Positions 1 through 9,421 of a stretch of DNA of 64,000 nucleotides are shown piece by piece. A model generated the notes under the pieces. The model worked only from the letters and a program-made list of their open reading frames with translations. It ran no database searches and was not told where the DNA came from. Source of the DNA: Mogibacterium sp. (GTDB lineage Bacteria; Bacillota; Clostridia; Peptostreptococcales; Anaerovoracaceae); assembly GCA_024403035.1 (NCBI GenBank), contig JAKSSP010000005.1, forward strand, positions 24,176 through 88,175. The letters are read 5' to 3'. How positions within the stretch are numbered: the stretch's first letter is position 1; each line of letters opens with the position of its first letter. The position numbers and the translations under genes are program-made.

Positions 1-1046
1 GTTGCTCCGTCACCGGCGATACTAATATCTATATATCTGTCCCTGAAAGCCCGGAGTGCTTTCAGGTCATAGCTGTCAGCGCAGACAGACTTTGCGAGTT
101 CTGCCGCATCTCTGAATACATAAGGCGCTATAGGTTCTGAATAGAAGTCGATATTAAGGCCTGTATTGCTGCTGTATTCATCAAGGTCATAAGCATAAAT
201 GAAGAGCGGCTTATCCGCAAGTGAAGATTCTATCACAAAGGATGAATAATCGCTTATGATGATATCCGCTGCCGCCAGCCAGTCGTTGGATGAAAAAGCT
301 TCATCAAAAATGACCGTATCAAACTCGCCTTCTGAACTTGTTGTCTGCCCCCTGTAGAGTGGGTGCAGTTTTACAACTATGTTGTATTTATCCGGACCAA
401 GCGCGTCTATCAGTTTCTGCGCTTCGACTGTCTTTCCTCTGCGGAAAGTCGGCGCGTAAAGTATAGTTTTTCTTCTGTTCTTCAGCTGCGGATATGTCCT
501 GAGTATCCTTTCCAGCTGTTCGTCATGCCTGCTGCCGGAAGCGACGCTCCTTATATAGTCGATTCGCGGCAGACCGTATTTTACGATCTTTTCCGGACTG
601 ACGCGGAATGCCTCACAGAAATGCTCTGCGGTTATGTCGCTCGCGGAGACAACATAATCATAGCCGCGATGCATCTTCATTAGCTTCGCGACTTTTTCGG
701 ATGATCCGTCTTCCTTGCCGACCGTCTGCCATCCAAACTTTTTTATGGCCCCAAGTGCGTGCCACATCTGTATGACCTTTGTGCCTTTACGGTGAGGGAT
801 CATGCTGGCCGGTATGCAGTAAGTATCCAGTACTACAACATCGGAGGCGAGTATTTCCGCCTCCTGTCTCATCACATGGCCTGCGTAGCCCAATGCTTTC
901 AGGGACTTCTCTTTAGTAAGCAGTTTGCTTAGTACTTTGACCTTGCAGCCCCGCTTAAGAAGTTCTGCCTCCAGCATCGCCACATCGAGCGTCTTGCTGT
1001 CGCTCTCCCGGCTTATTATGCTTATGCGTTTAACCCTGTTACTCAT
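1..1046 (-). CDS. CDP-glycerol glycerophosphotransferase family protein (TagB/TagF-like); 3' end lies off-window
   Basis: The minus strand is open from the window edge to the ATG at 1046-1044. My translation is MSNRVKRISIISRESDSKTLDVAMLEAELLKRGCKV...ILYAPTFRRGKT...ISDYSSFVIESS, which carries the LYAPT(F/W)R and DYSS motifs of the TagB/TagF family. It is absent from the ORF track only because no stop codon lies inside the window. Confidence 0.8.
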   Translation of the reverse strand, partial: MSNRVKRISIISRESDSKTLDVAMLEAELLKRGCKVKVLSKLLTKEKSLKALGYAGHVMRQEAEILASDVVVLDTYCIPASMIPHRKGTKVIQMWHALGAIKKFGWQTVGKEDGSSEKVAKLMKMHRGYDYVVSASDITAEHFCEAFRVSPEKIVKYGLPRIDYIRSVASGSRHDEQLERILRTYPQLKNRRKTILYAPTFRRGKTVEAQKLIDALGPDKYNIVVKLHPLYRGQTTSSEGEFDTVIFDEAFSSNDWLAAADIIISDYSSFVIESSLADKPLFIYAYDLDEYSSNTGLNIDFYSEPIAPYVFRDAAELAKSVCADSYDLKALRAFRDRYIDISIAGDGA

Positions 1047-1058
1047 TCCGGACCCCGG

Positions 1059-1616
1059 TCAGTTGCGGTTGTCGTAGAATTCGATCGCTTCGTCCAGATC
1101 GCCATCAAACAGCATCTTTCCTTTCTCAAGCACTATACCCCGCGTGCAGAAATCCCCTGCTGTCTTGAGGGCATGGGTAACGAAGAGCAGCGTCACGTTT
1201 GAGTCCGACATTATCTCGTTTACCTTTGCGGTACACTTTTTTCGGAACTCCTTGTCCCCTACGCTGAGAGCCTCATCTACGATCAGGATGTCAGGCTTCG
1301 AGTTTACACTGATGGCAAATCCGAGCCTTGCCTTCATGCCGCTTGAATAAGATCTGAGCGGCTGGTCTATGTATTCACCGATGTCTGCGAATTCGACGAT
1401 ACTCGGCAGTACTTCTTCTACCTCTTCATCTGTCATTCCCATGAGGCTGCACTTGAGTCTGATGTTTTCATAGCCGTTGGCTTCGACGTCGAATCCCGAG
1501 CTCAGTTCCAGCAAAGCGCTTATCTTACCGTCAACAAATATCTCTCCTTCAATCGGATAAGAAACGCCCGTTACCATCTTGAGAATGGTCGACTTTCCTG
1601 CGCCGTTGCGGCCTAT
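1059..1616 (-). pseudogene. 5'-truncated teichoic-acid export ATP-binding protein (TagH-like) fragment
   Basis: The 172-aa ORF aligns end to end with the C-terminal part of the intact copy at 11056-11790 (shared DQPLRSYSSGMKARLGFAISVN and PDILIVDEALSVGDK). The Walker A GRNGAGKST is still encoded in frame at 1578-1613. A TAA lies four codons upstream of it (at 1623-1625), and the first ~55 residues are missing. Confidence 0.8.
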
Positions 1617-1718
1617 GTTCTTCGATTATAAGTTTAAGGGTCTTTCCCATTAAGCGAACGCTTCCTTCCGTTACTTTACGGCAAGTATAACATATCTAAC
1701 TTGATATCCAATAGCACG

Positions 1719-2969
1719 TCAATCTGTATGGCTTTCATTGTTCAATGCTCTTTTCATAGAGCTTTCCATCAGGTAAGTATATATCTTGTGGGGCAAAACT
1801 CGCCTGGCAACAGCTATTGCCCGATTTCTTATGAGGACGCGCCTTTCCTGCTCTTCCCTGACAAACACTTTATCAAAAATAATCTCAGATGATTTCCCAT
1901 TTTCATATGTAAGATATTTTTTACAAAAGGCCTGTATTCTCTCACCGTGGATATCATAGAATGAGTCAAGATTTTCTATGGAGTCAATGACCTCATCCGT
2001 AGTCAGAGCAAGACATCCGGGGGCCTCCGTTGAGATATCAAAGTAACTGCCTCTTGTGTTTTCGGTATATTCCTTTAAATCATAGGCATAGAAGACCATC
2101 GGCTTTCCCGTAAGAGAAAAGTCGAACATTACCGACGAATAGTCCGTGATAAGCACGTCAGTTACAGGGAACAGGTCCTCGATAGTGCTTACATTGCCGG
2201 CATCAAAGATGAACTTTCCGTCTTCTGGCACCTTGTAATACTCTGCTACAAAGTAATGCGGCCTTATCAGTAAAACATACTCATCCGACAAAGCATTTCT
2301 CATTGCCTCGATATCAAGTTCCATGTCGAATCTATCAAGATCTCTCCAAGTAGGCGCATAGAGGATGACTTTTTTATCTTCCGGGATGCCCATTTCTTCC
2401 CTAAGCCCGGAGGCAGCATCCTCATCGGTATGAAAAAGCCTGTCTGTACGCGGATAGCCGGTCTCAAGGACATTGTTTCGGTACCTGAACCATCTCCACG
2501 CCATCCTTTTGGTGAACTCTCCCTGTGCCACCAAGTAATCCCACATTGCTGCTCTTTTTACAGCCCTGAGTCTTTCTTTGTCAGTAGATATCTCATCTTT
2601 CACATCCAGTCCGAATGTCTTGAAAGGTGTGCCATGCATGGTCTGGATTATCACTTGCCCTTCCCTTTTTACAAAAGATAAAGGGAGGTTCGTGTTATAC
2701 ACAAAATACTTGGCAGTTGCAAGATAGCGATAAAACTCCTCCGTCTTGCGCTCCACCTTTTTTGCATTGCCTTTGACTGGCGTGTCCGCATCATTAAGAA
2801 ACCAGACGCACTCATATTCAGGGTGGTTTTCAATAATAAACTCATAAAAAGCGGCGGGGCTGCAACTGTAGTTCCTTCCCCACAGCGATTCGAAAACTAT
2901 ACAGTTTTCTTTTATCGGCTCGTTTCGAAAACCGCGGTATTTTTCTTTTAAAGAATCGTTATTCCCCAT
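1719..2969 (-). CDS. CDP-glycerol glycerophosphotransferase family protein (TagF-like)
   Basis: 416-aa ORF with the motifs IQTMHGTPFK, LYAPTWRD and ITDYSSVMFDF, typical of the TagB/TagF family. It overlaps the upstream gene by 11 nt. Confidence 0.85.
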   Translation of the reverse strand: MGNNDSLKEKYRGFRNEPIKENCIVFESLWGRNYSCSPAAFYEFIIENHPEYECVWFLNDADTPVKGNAKKVERKTEEFYRYLATAKYFVYNTNLPLSFVKREGQVIIQTMHGTPFKTFGLDVKDEISTDKERLRAVKRAAMWDYLVAQGEFTKRMAWRWFRYRNNVLETGYPRTDRLFHTDEDAASGLREEMGIPEDKKVILYAPTWRDLDRFDMELDIEAMRNALSDEYVLLIRPHYFVAEYYKVPEDGKFIFDAGNVSTIEDLFPVTDVLITDYSSVMFDFSLTGKPMVFYAYDLKEYTENTRGSYFDISTEAPGCLALTTDEVIDSIENLDSFYDIHGERIQAFCKKYLTYENGKSSEIIFDKVFVREEQERRVLIRNRAIAVARRVLPHKIYTYLMESSMKRALNNESHTD

Positions 2970-4302
2970 CCTTCAGCCGTTCGTATTCAGCTCCGAACAC
3001 TCTGCGGACTACACGCTCTGTCGCATGGCCATCATCAAGATATGTGAACTTGTTTTCAAACGCTTCATACTTATCCTTCATTTCCGGTGTGGAGAACCAT
3101 TCATCCACCGTAGCAATGCTGTCAAACAGAGCTTCCTGATTCTCTATAACAGGCCCCGGCAGCTCATCGAGAGATATATAGAACCCTCTAAGCTCATCTC
3201 TGTAATATTCAAGATCATACATATAGAATATCTCAGGACGTTTCAAAATGCCGTAATCAAAGAATACGCTTGAGTAATCCGTGATCAGAATGTCTGATAT
3301 GATATACAGGTCATTGATCTCAGGGTACAGGCATGCGTCAATGACAAAGCCGTTATATTCTTCAAAATCAAAAGTGTTGCCGATAAAGTAATGTGCGCGG
3401 AAGAGCACAACATAATCATCGCCAAATCTCTTTTTCATCTCCGCAAAATCTATAGGACTCTCGTAAACATAACCAATGTATTGTTCATGCTGATTGTCCC
3501 TCCACGTAGGCGCATAGAGGATGACTTTCTTTTCTTCAGGAATGCCTAAAGATTCGCGGATTCTTTTAACATCTGCTTCTGTATGATTGACGATCTCGTC
3601 ATTTCTCGGATATCCCTCCTCTATAACGATATCTTCTTTGCCAAGGGCTTTGAGATTAAATGCGCTTATAAACTTTTCCGTGCAATATCGTGAAGGAGAT
3701 ACCATGTATGTATACCTGGAGGCATCATTCTCATATACCTCTCTGACGGTCTGAACGGTGTTGCGCGCTTCACTGGCAGCAACCTCGATATCAAAGCCAA
3801 GTCTCTTAAGCGGTGTTCCATGCCAGCACTGAACATAAGTCTGTCCGTCTTTGATGCCTATTTGTTTAGGGACCCTCGAATTTGTGATCCAGTAGCCTGC
3901 TCTGGCATATGTGCGGTAATAATCAGGTGAACCCCATAGCATCAGTTCTGTTCTTTCGTCCTCCTCAAGATACAGATATTCATCCATAATACGATCCTTG
4001 AAAAACCAAACGAAATGATAGTCCCTATATGCAGGATCTTTTAACATATACTCATATATGGCTTTGGGACTGTCCGCATACTTGCGCCCCATGAAAGATT
4101 CGAAAATGATCAGCTTTTTATCTATTTCCTGGCCGGCAAACCATCTGTATCTGAGACGTCTTTTTAAACGTATTGATGCGCGATAAGCCTTCTTAAAAGA
4201 ATCGCTTCTTCTGCTTATAGCTGATGCTGCCCGTTTTATTGGTCTTTTGATTGTTCTGATTATTCTGGAACTTGTGCTCCGCTTGCTCGAATAATTGCTC
4301 AT
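2959..4302 (-). CDS. CDP-glycerol glycerophosphotransferase family protein (TagF-like)
   Basis: 447-aa ORF with a basic N-terminus followed by QCWHGTPLKRLG, LYAPTWRD and ITDYSSVFFDY. The RBS AGAGGAAAAG lies upstream of the ATG. Confidence 0.85.
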   Translation of the reverse strand: MSNYSSKRSTSSRIIRTIKRPIKRAASAISRRSDSFKKAYRASIRLKRRLRYRWFAGQEIDKKLIIFESFMGRKYADSPKAIYEYMLKDPAYRDYHFVWFFKDRIMDEYLYLEEDERTELMLWGSPDYYRTYARAGYWITNSRVPKQIGIKDGQTYVQCWHGTPLKRLGFDIEVAASEARNTVQTVREVYENDASRYTYMVSPSRYCTEKFISAFNLKALGKEDIVIEEGYPRNDEIVNHTEADVKRIRESLGIPEEKKVILYAPTWRDNQHEQYIGYVYESPIDFAEMKKRFGDDYVVLFRAHYFIGNTFDFEEYNGFVIDACLYPEINDLYIISDILITDYSSVFFDYGILKRPEIFYMYDLEYYRDELRGFYISLDELPGPVIENQEALFDSIATVDEWFSTPEMKDKYEAFENKFTYLDDGHATERVVRRVFGAEYERLKDGE

Positions 4303-4325
4303 TGTCTTTTCCTCTTGTCCGTAAG

Positions 4326-5360
4326 TTAGAAGTAGTATCTCCAGGACTTTTCAATACTTACCTTGACTGTCTTTAATTCTGCCACAGAGATGCGGCACAT
4401 ATAGCCGGAATGTCTCATCTTGTGTGACTCTATTTTTGCCTGCGCTTCTTCACTCGTGTTGCGCAGCAATATGATGCCTTCAGTGTATCTGTTTCTATAT
4501 TTTAAAACTATTACAGCATTATGAACTTTTCCGATTTTTTCGGGATAAAGGTCGATATAAAAGCCCGTGCCGTCATAATTGTATTTGGCCGTCTCTCCCG
4601 TATATCTGTCCTTGGCAATACCTTTTTTGGATGTCAGTCGATCATTATCGAAATGCGTAACTGCCAGCGCTGTCTCTTCACCGGTATGTTCATCACATAA
4701 GAAAGCCTCTATCTGCTGGTCTTCCGGCGATGCGATGTCCATCTTGCCAAAATAAAGCTGTGATTTGAATCTTATTCTGCCTTTGTCACATTCTACATCC
4801 AGAACCCCCAGTCTTGGTATCCTGACGCTGGTGCTGATGGTATTATCCAGCAAATCTGTCCCGAACAGTTCACTAGGCACTTTTTTATATACGATGCCGT
4901 TCTTCTCTATGTTAAGACATTCTTTAGTTCTGTTTTTGCTGAAGTCTGCCAGCCTGATGAATCTGTCTTGATCGCCCTGCAGCATCGCTTCATACATAGC
5001 CCTATCTACTAGGTTGAGCCTCTGCATGGCTTTATCCGAAATGCTCTCCCGTATATAAGAGCCCATCTCTTGCATATATACTTCTACTTCCTGTGGGTCC
5101 ATATCGATACATGCGTGTGAGTATATTTTGAGATCTACCTTCAGTGCCTTGATCTGCTTTTCGATAAGGATCGCCTCGTCCGTGACTTCTGCGGCGTACA
5201 TTTTATCAAGGTCTCTTAAAATCTTTAGCCTTCCGCGGAGATTTTCGACTTCTTTTCGCTTCTGAGTGGTAGACTCGGACTCAAGCTCTCTGAACCTCCA
5301 CTTATAGCCTATACTCCTGATAATACTGATCCTCTTGGCACGAAGAATCACTCTTGTCAT
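4326..5360 (-). CDS. C-terminal portion of an amber-split GT2-domain protein (function of this part unknown)
   Basis: 344-aa ORF in the same reading frame as 5376-5924, separated only by a TAG plus 5 codons. Its N-terminus VILRAKRISII..YKWRFRE continues the usual GT2 C-terminal pattern. Confidence 0.6.
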   Translation of the reverse strand: MTRVILRAKRISIIRSIGYKWRFRELESESTTQKRKEVENLRGRLKILRDLDKMYAAEVTDEAILIEKQIKALKVDLKIYSHACIDMDPQEVEVYMQEMGSYIRESISDKAMQRLNLVDRAMYEAMLQGDQDRFIRLADFSKNRTKECLNIEKNGIVYKKVPSELFGTDLLDNTISTSVRIPRLGVLDVECDKGRIRFKSQLYFGKMDIASPEDQQIEAFLCDEHTGEETALAVTHFDNDRLTSKKGIAKDRYTGETAKYNYDGTGFYIDLYPEKIGKVHNAVIVLKYRNRYTEGIILLRNTSEEAQAKIESHKMRHSGYMCRISVAELKTVKVSIEKSWRYYF

Positions 5361-5368
5361 GACAGGTA

Positions 5369-5396
5369 TATCCTCCTACAGGCTTGTAGGAGGATA
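5369..5396. repeat. Perfect 12-bp-arm palindrome spanning the amber codon and the downstream RBS
   Basis: tatcctcctaca (5369-5380), loop ggct, tgtaggaggata (5385-5396). On the coding (minus) strand the TAG stop and the following GGAGGA lie at 5368-5378, in the palindrome arm at 5369-5380. Confidence 0.9.
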
Positions 5397-5924
5397 CTCC
5401 AGTTTGTTCTTCTCCCAGAAATCTCTGCGTATGAGTTTGTCCCATGAGACTGTGTCGTATATCAACTGAGGAGACTCTGATACACTGGTCACTTCCTTAA
5501 GGTTTCGAAACGCAATTTTATGGATAGAAGCCTGTGATTCCTTATTTGAATCAAACCGGATCGCATTGATCATTGCCACTTCGCTTTGATCATACTCTGC
5601 ACGGTCAAACATCTTCTCTAATGCGTCCGGCACCATCAGGTCATCTGCATCAAGGAATGCCAGATACTTTCCCTTTGCCCGCTTTATCGCAGTATTCCTT
5701 GCCGGACCCGCGCCTTGGTTTTCTGTATGAATTACCTGTATATTCTTGTGCCTCAATGCATATTCGTCCGCAACGGCCCCACAGCCATTGGAAGAACCAT
5801 CATCAGTGATTATTAGTTCAATGCCATCCTTCTTAGTCTGAGCAAGCAAAGATCCAATGCTCGCTCTCAAATATTCTTCCTCTACGTTGTACATAGGCAT
5901 AATAACGCTTATGTCTGTAATCAT
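5376..5924 (-). CDS. Glycosyltransferase family 2 catalytic domain, ending at a premature amber codon
   Basis: The 182-aa ORF reads ISVIMPMYNVEEYL...ELIITDDGSSNG...LAFLDADD, the GT2 DxD fold signature. It stops at TAG exactly where GT2 proteins of this type normally carry a Y-E-D motif. Confidence 0.8.
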   Translation of the reverse strand: MITDISVIMPMYNVEEEYLRASIGSLLAQTKKDGIELIITDDGSSNGCGAVADEYALRHKNIQVIHTENQGAGPARNTAIKRAKGKYLAFLDADDLMVPDALEKMFDRAEYDQSEVAMINAIRFDSNKESQASIHKIAFRNLKEVTSVSESPQLIYDTVSWDKLIRRDFWEKNKLEYPPTSL

Positions 5925-5995
5925 TCATATTTGATCCTCCCTACGCAGTATTTAGCCCCTCTCTTTTTAAACCTCTTAATAATTCCGTTTCATAC

Positions 5996-6424
5996 TCAGC
6001 CTTCATTATGTTTCTTTGTCTCTTCTTCATCACTATTGAAAGCGGCTGGTCCGAGAGTTATAAAGCAAATGAACGCTATGCCATTCGATGTAGGATAAAT
6101 CGTTACCTCAAGCATAGCTTGAATAAAGTATCCTATGATAGCAAGGACACTCAAAAGGTGTTCTTTTCGATAATGCGTTCTTTTGAAAAAGCACCTAACC
6201 GTATAGAATATTGCCGCCAGCAGCCATAGTATATACCCAGACATCGCAATATACCCAGAAACATATCCAATATCAAGCGCATTGTTATGAGCCCACTTGC
6301 TTGCTTCAAGTTCGGGCATCAACGGTCCGTGGAGACGACCATTCCCAAAAGGAGTAAGATGCTGTGAATACGCTCTCCACAAGAGAAGTCTACCGCTTGA
6401 TGCATTATTTATCTTTACTCGCAT
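5996..6424 (-). pseudogene. 5'-truncated O-antigen ligase/polymerase-like (Wzy_C) membrane protein fragment
   Basis: 142 aa reading SSGRLLLWRAY...FGNG...WAHNNALDIGYVSGY, followed by transmembrane segments. This matches only the C-terminal part of the O-antigen ligase family. The upstream reading frame runs straight into an IS3-type terminus at about 6436. Confidence 0.6.
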
Positions 6425-6435
6425 ATCGTCAGAAT

Positions 6436-6621
6436 TGTAGTGGTCAAGCGTTTTTGTAACACCACTGCCTAATTTGTTAAATTCCGTAGCGCACTTCGAA
6501 AGGTGTCATATAGTTGTTGTACGCATGCGGCCGCACCTGGTTGTACCAGTCGTAAGCATATTCTGAAACGGCTCGATACAAATCCGCCTCGGTGCGAAAG
6601 TAATAACGGTCAATCAATTCG
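6436..6621 (-). mobile_element. IS3-family element remnant (transposase 3' end plus terminus), cut by an IS21 insertion
   Basis: The minus-strand translation ELIDRYYFRTEADLYRAVSEYAYDWYNQVRPHAYNNYMTPFEVRYGI-stop is the conserved C-terminal tail of IS3/rve transposases. The outer end begins TGTAGTGGTC at 6436. Confidence 0.6.
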
Positions 6622-6827
6622 TGTTTTTTGCATAATGTAATTACCGAAAGTTGCAGCGCAAAATGGAGAATGATGCATCTCCAAAACGGAGAAAATTGCA
6701 GAGGATACGGAGATAGATGCTCCGGATCCTGATCTCCATCAGGCTATGAAAAATCCATTGCAGACATAACTATCAACCAATAACCTTATGTTATAGAAAC
6801 CACTCAATAACATAAGGAGGAAGGAGT

Positions 6828-8357
6828 ATGTTAACAATGGATCAGATACATCATATCAGAGCGATGTTCTATGAACAAGGATACAACATATCTGAAATCG
6901 CTAAGGCTACAGGCCGTGACTGGAAGACTGTAGCAAAGTACATCGACATGACAGATTTCAATGAGCCATTACCGGTCCCTGAATCAGAGAAGCAGTTCTG
7001 TCCTAAGCTTGAGCCGTACAAATCTCTGATCGACAGCTGGCTCAAAGAAGATCTCAATCACCCACGCAAGCAGCGCCATACAGCGACCAGGGTCTTCAAC
7101 AGACTCACCGATGAGGTCCCCGAATTTGACTGCTCATACCGTCTTGTTGCTGAATATGTGAAGTTCAGCAAGGAGCAGCTCGATCTTAAGCGTAACGAGG
7201 GATACCTTCCGCTCGAGCATGATCCGGGCGAAGCTCAGGCCGACTTCGGAAGTACTGAGTTTTATGAGCGCGGCAGGCTCATCTCCGGAAAGCACCTTGT
7301 ACTGTCGTTCCCATGGAGCAATGCCGCATATGTTCAGCTGTTCTACGGCGAGAACTCCGAGTGTCTGCTTGAAGGACTCAGCAGCATCTTCCGGTATCTC
7401 GGCGGCGTGCCGCGTGAGATATGGTTCGACAATGCCTCGTCAATGGTGATCAACGTCATCAAAGGCGGCGGCCGTGAGCTTACCGAGAGGTTCACCAGAT
7501 TCAAAGAGCATTACGGCTTCAAAGCCATATTCATGAATCGTGGTGAAGGTCACGAAAAAGGCAACGTTGAGAACAAGGTCGGATACTCCAGACGGAATTT
7601 TCTTGTTCCTGTACCCAGATTCGATGAGCTCATGTTCTACAACATGCAGATCCTTGAAGACTTTGACAGCGATCAGGATCGTGACCATTACTACAAACAG
7701 TCAAAGATAGCTGAATTGTTTGAAGCCGACAAGGCTGCGCTGCTTCCTCTTCCGTCTGTCTGGTTCGACACCAGCAGACTCATAACCGGGCTGAAGACCG
7801 ATGGATATGGGCGCTTCACTCTTGAGAATGGAAAGCACGAGTATTCATCAGCACCGAAATATGCTCTTAGAACTGTCAATGTGAGACTTGACTCAACATT
7901 TGTGACAGTCCTCGACAATGACTACCGCGAGATAGTCAGGCACCGCAGACTGTATGGTGATGAGCACCAGTCCAGCATGGAGTGGGTACCATACCTTGAC
8001 TACATATCCAGGCATCCGCGTTCTCTCAAGAACACAGGCATATATGCGATGATGCCGCAGACCATGCAGAGTTATCTCAATAATTGTGAGAGCGGTCAGA
8101 AGAAAGACGTTCTTCACATACTTTCAGAACTCACTGACAGGACCGGTTTCGACAGCGCGATCCGCACTGTTGAGCAAGCGATCCGTTATGAAGCTCATGA
8201 CCCGGACAGCCTTAAGAGCCTGTATAGCAGTCTCTTCTCGGATGTGCCGCAGCTGCCGCCTCTCGCAACAGGCAATATGATCCCTGAACTCGACCCGATG
8301 CCTGTGCACCTTGAAGAGTATGATCAGTTCCTCAAGGGAGGTGATCTGAGTGCCTGA
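6828..8357 (+). CDS. istA: IS21-family transposase IstA
   Basis: 509 aa with an N-terminal HTH and an rve/DDE core. It overlaps the downstream AAA+ helper gene by 8 nt, the typical IS21 layout. RBS AAGGAGGAAGGAG. Confidence 0.9.
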   Translation: MLTMDQIHHIRAMFYEQGYNISEIAKATGRDWKTVAKYIDMTDFNEPLPVPESEKQFCPKLEPYKSLIDSWLKEDLNHPRKQRHTATRVFNRLTDEVPEFDCSYRLVAEYVKFSKEQLDLKRNEGYLPLEHDPGEAQADFGSTEFYERGRLISGKHLVLSFPWSNAAYVQLFYGENSECLLEGLSSIFRYLGGVPREIWFDNASSMVINVIKGGGRELTERFTRFKEHYGFKAIFMNRGEGHEKGNVENKVGYSRRNFLVPVPRFDELMFYNMQILEDFDSDQDRDHYYKQSKIAELFEADKAALLPLPSVWFDTSRLITGLKTDGYGRFTLENGKHEYSSAPKYALRTVNVRLDSTFVTVLDNDYREIVRHRRLYGDEHQSSMEWVPYLDYISRHPRSLKNTGIYAMMPQTMQSYLNNCESGQKKDVLHILSELTDRTGFDSAIRTVEQAIRYEAHDPDSLKSLYSSLFSDVPQLPPLATGNMIPELDPMPVHLEEYDQFLKGGDLSA

Positions 8358-9135
8358 GAATTACCACGATGAGCTTGTTGCATTCTGCAAAAGGCTCAAG
8401 ATAGCATCTGCAATGGCTGACAGGGCCGAAACCACTGAAGGTGAGACTCACATAGAGTTCCTTTACAATCTCCTTAAAAGAGAGATCGAACTTCGTGATC
8501 AGGCGCACATCGACAACCTCATAAAAGATGCGAAGTTTCCGATACAGTATTCCTTCGATCAGTTCCGTACTGATGAAGTTGAGTTCCCGGAAGACTGTAC
8601 GATCGAGTCACTCAAGTCGCTTGAGTTCCTGCGCGAACACAAGAACATCATCATGTACGGCGGCACAGGTACCGGCAAGACCATGCTTTCAATATGTGTA
8701 GGCATGATCGCCTGCAGGAGGGATATCCCTGTACGGTTCTTTCGAACAGCATCCCTGGTCAACACCCTGTCTTCTAAGATGAAGGCCGGCAAGCTTGATG
8801 CATTCAGGGAGAAGCTAAACAAGACATCCATATTTGTGATCGATGAGTTCGGATATGTCCCGTATGACAGGGACGGCATCAATATATTGTTCGACTTCCT
8901 GTCTGAGATCAGTGATGATCCCGGCAAGGTGGTTATACTCAATACGAATCTGGAATTCTCCAGATGGGTCAATGTTCTGTACGATCAGAAGATGACCGCA
9001 GCTCTCATAGGAAGGCTGACTCATCATTGCCATCTGATCCTGTTCCCGGGCGAGAATAACCGCCTCAAGGAGTCAAGCATCAATATGCTTTACAGGAGTA
9101 TCGCTGATCGTCAGGAGAGGCTCCAGAAACACTAA
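8350..9135 (+). CDS. istB: IS21-family ATP-binding helper IstB
   Basis: 261 aa with Walker A GGTGTGKT and Walker B FVIDEFGY, as in the IstB/DnaC-like family. Confidence 0.9.
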   Translation: MPENYHDELVAFCKRLKIASAMADRAETTEGETHIEFLYNLLKREIELRDQAHIDNLIKDAKFPIQYSFDQFRTDEVEFPEDCTIESLKSLEFLREHKNIIMYGGTGTGKTMLSICVGMIACRRDIPVRFFRTASLVNTLSSKMKAGKLDAFREKLNKTSIFVIDEFGYVPYDRDGINILFDFLSEISDDPGKVVILNTNLEFSRWVNVLYDQKMTAALIGRLTHHCHLILFPGENNRLKESSINMLYRSIADRQERLQKH

Positions 9136-9278
9136 ACCAACTTAGCAACATGTCTGCAGTACTGTTCCGGCAGGGCCTAGGCAACACTGCCGGACGGTCT
9201 GCAACTTTCTCCAAAACGGAGATGCAGAATTCGCCATTTTTGTCTGCAAAATTAGGGAATTTGCTCTTGCAAAAAACA

Positions 9279-9400
9279 TCAGGTTTCCAAATTCTTTCAG
9301 ATTTTTCTCGTTTCAATTCTCCCCGAAATAAATGCTTCCCAAGGCATTAACCTCATAATATTCAGTTAAATCTAATAAATGTCTGTAATGTTTCACTTTA
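9279..9400 (-). pseudogene. Second piece of the IS3-family transposase remnant (frameshifted)
   Basis: The minus strand reads ..NALGSIYFGE(frameshift)LKREKSERIWKPD up to the IS21 end. This resembles the FFGxLKxE segment that precedes the tail found at 6477-6621. Confidence 0.45.
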
Positions 9401-9421
9401 CTATTATTACTTAGTATCTGC

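Larger units (their letters stand above)
6622..9278 (+). mobile_element. IS21-family insertion sequence (copy A)
   Basis: The terminal inverted repeats start TGTTTTTTGCA at both ends, with further shared blocks (TTGCAG..AAAATGG..CTGCATCTCC). The element encloses an istA/istB pair. No flanking direct repeat was found. Confidence 0.85.

Noticed and set aside
363-683. A 106-aa + strand ORF at the left edge, and other short + strand ORFs inside the TagF-type genes (1144-1350, 2430-2681, 3025-3273, 4765-4971, 5573-5809).
   Set aside because: Each lies fully inside a longer minus-strand gene that has clear family motifs. Their translations have no recognisable features.
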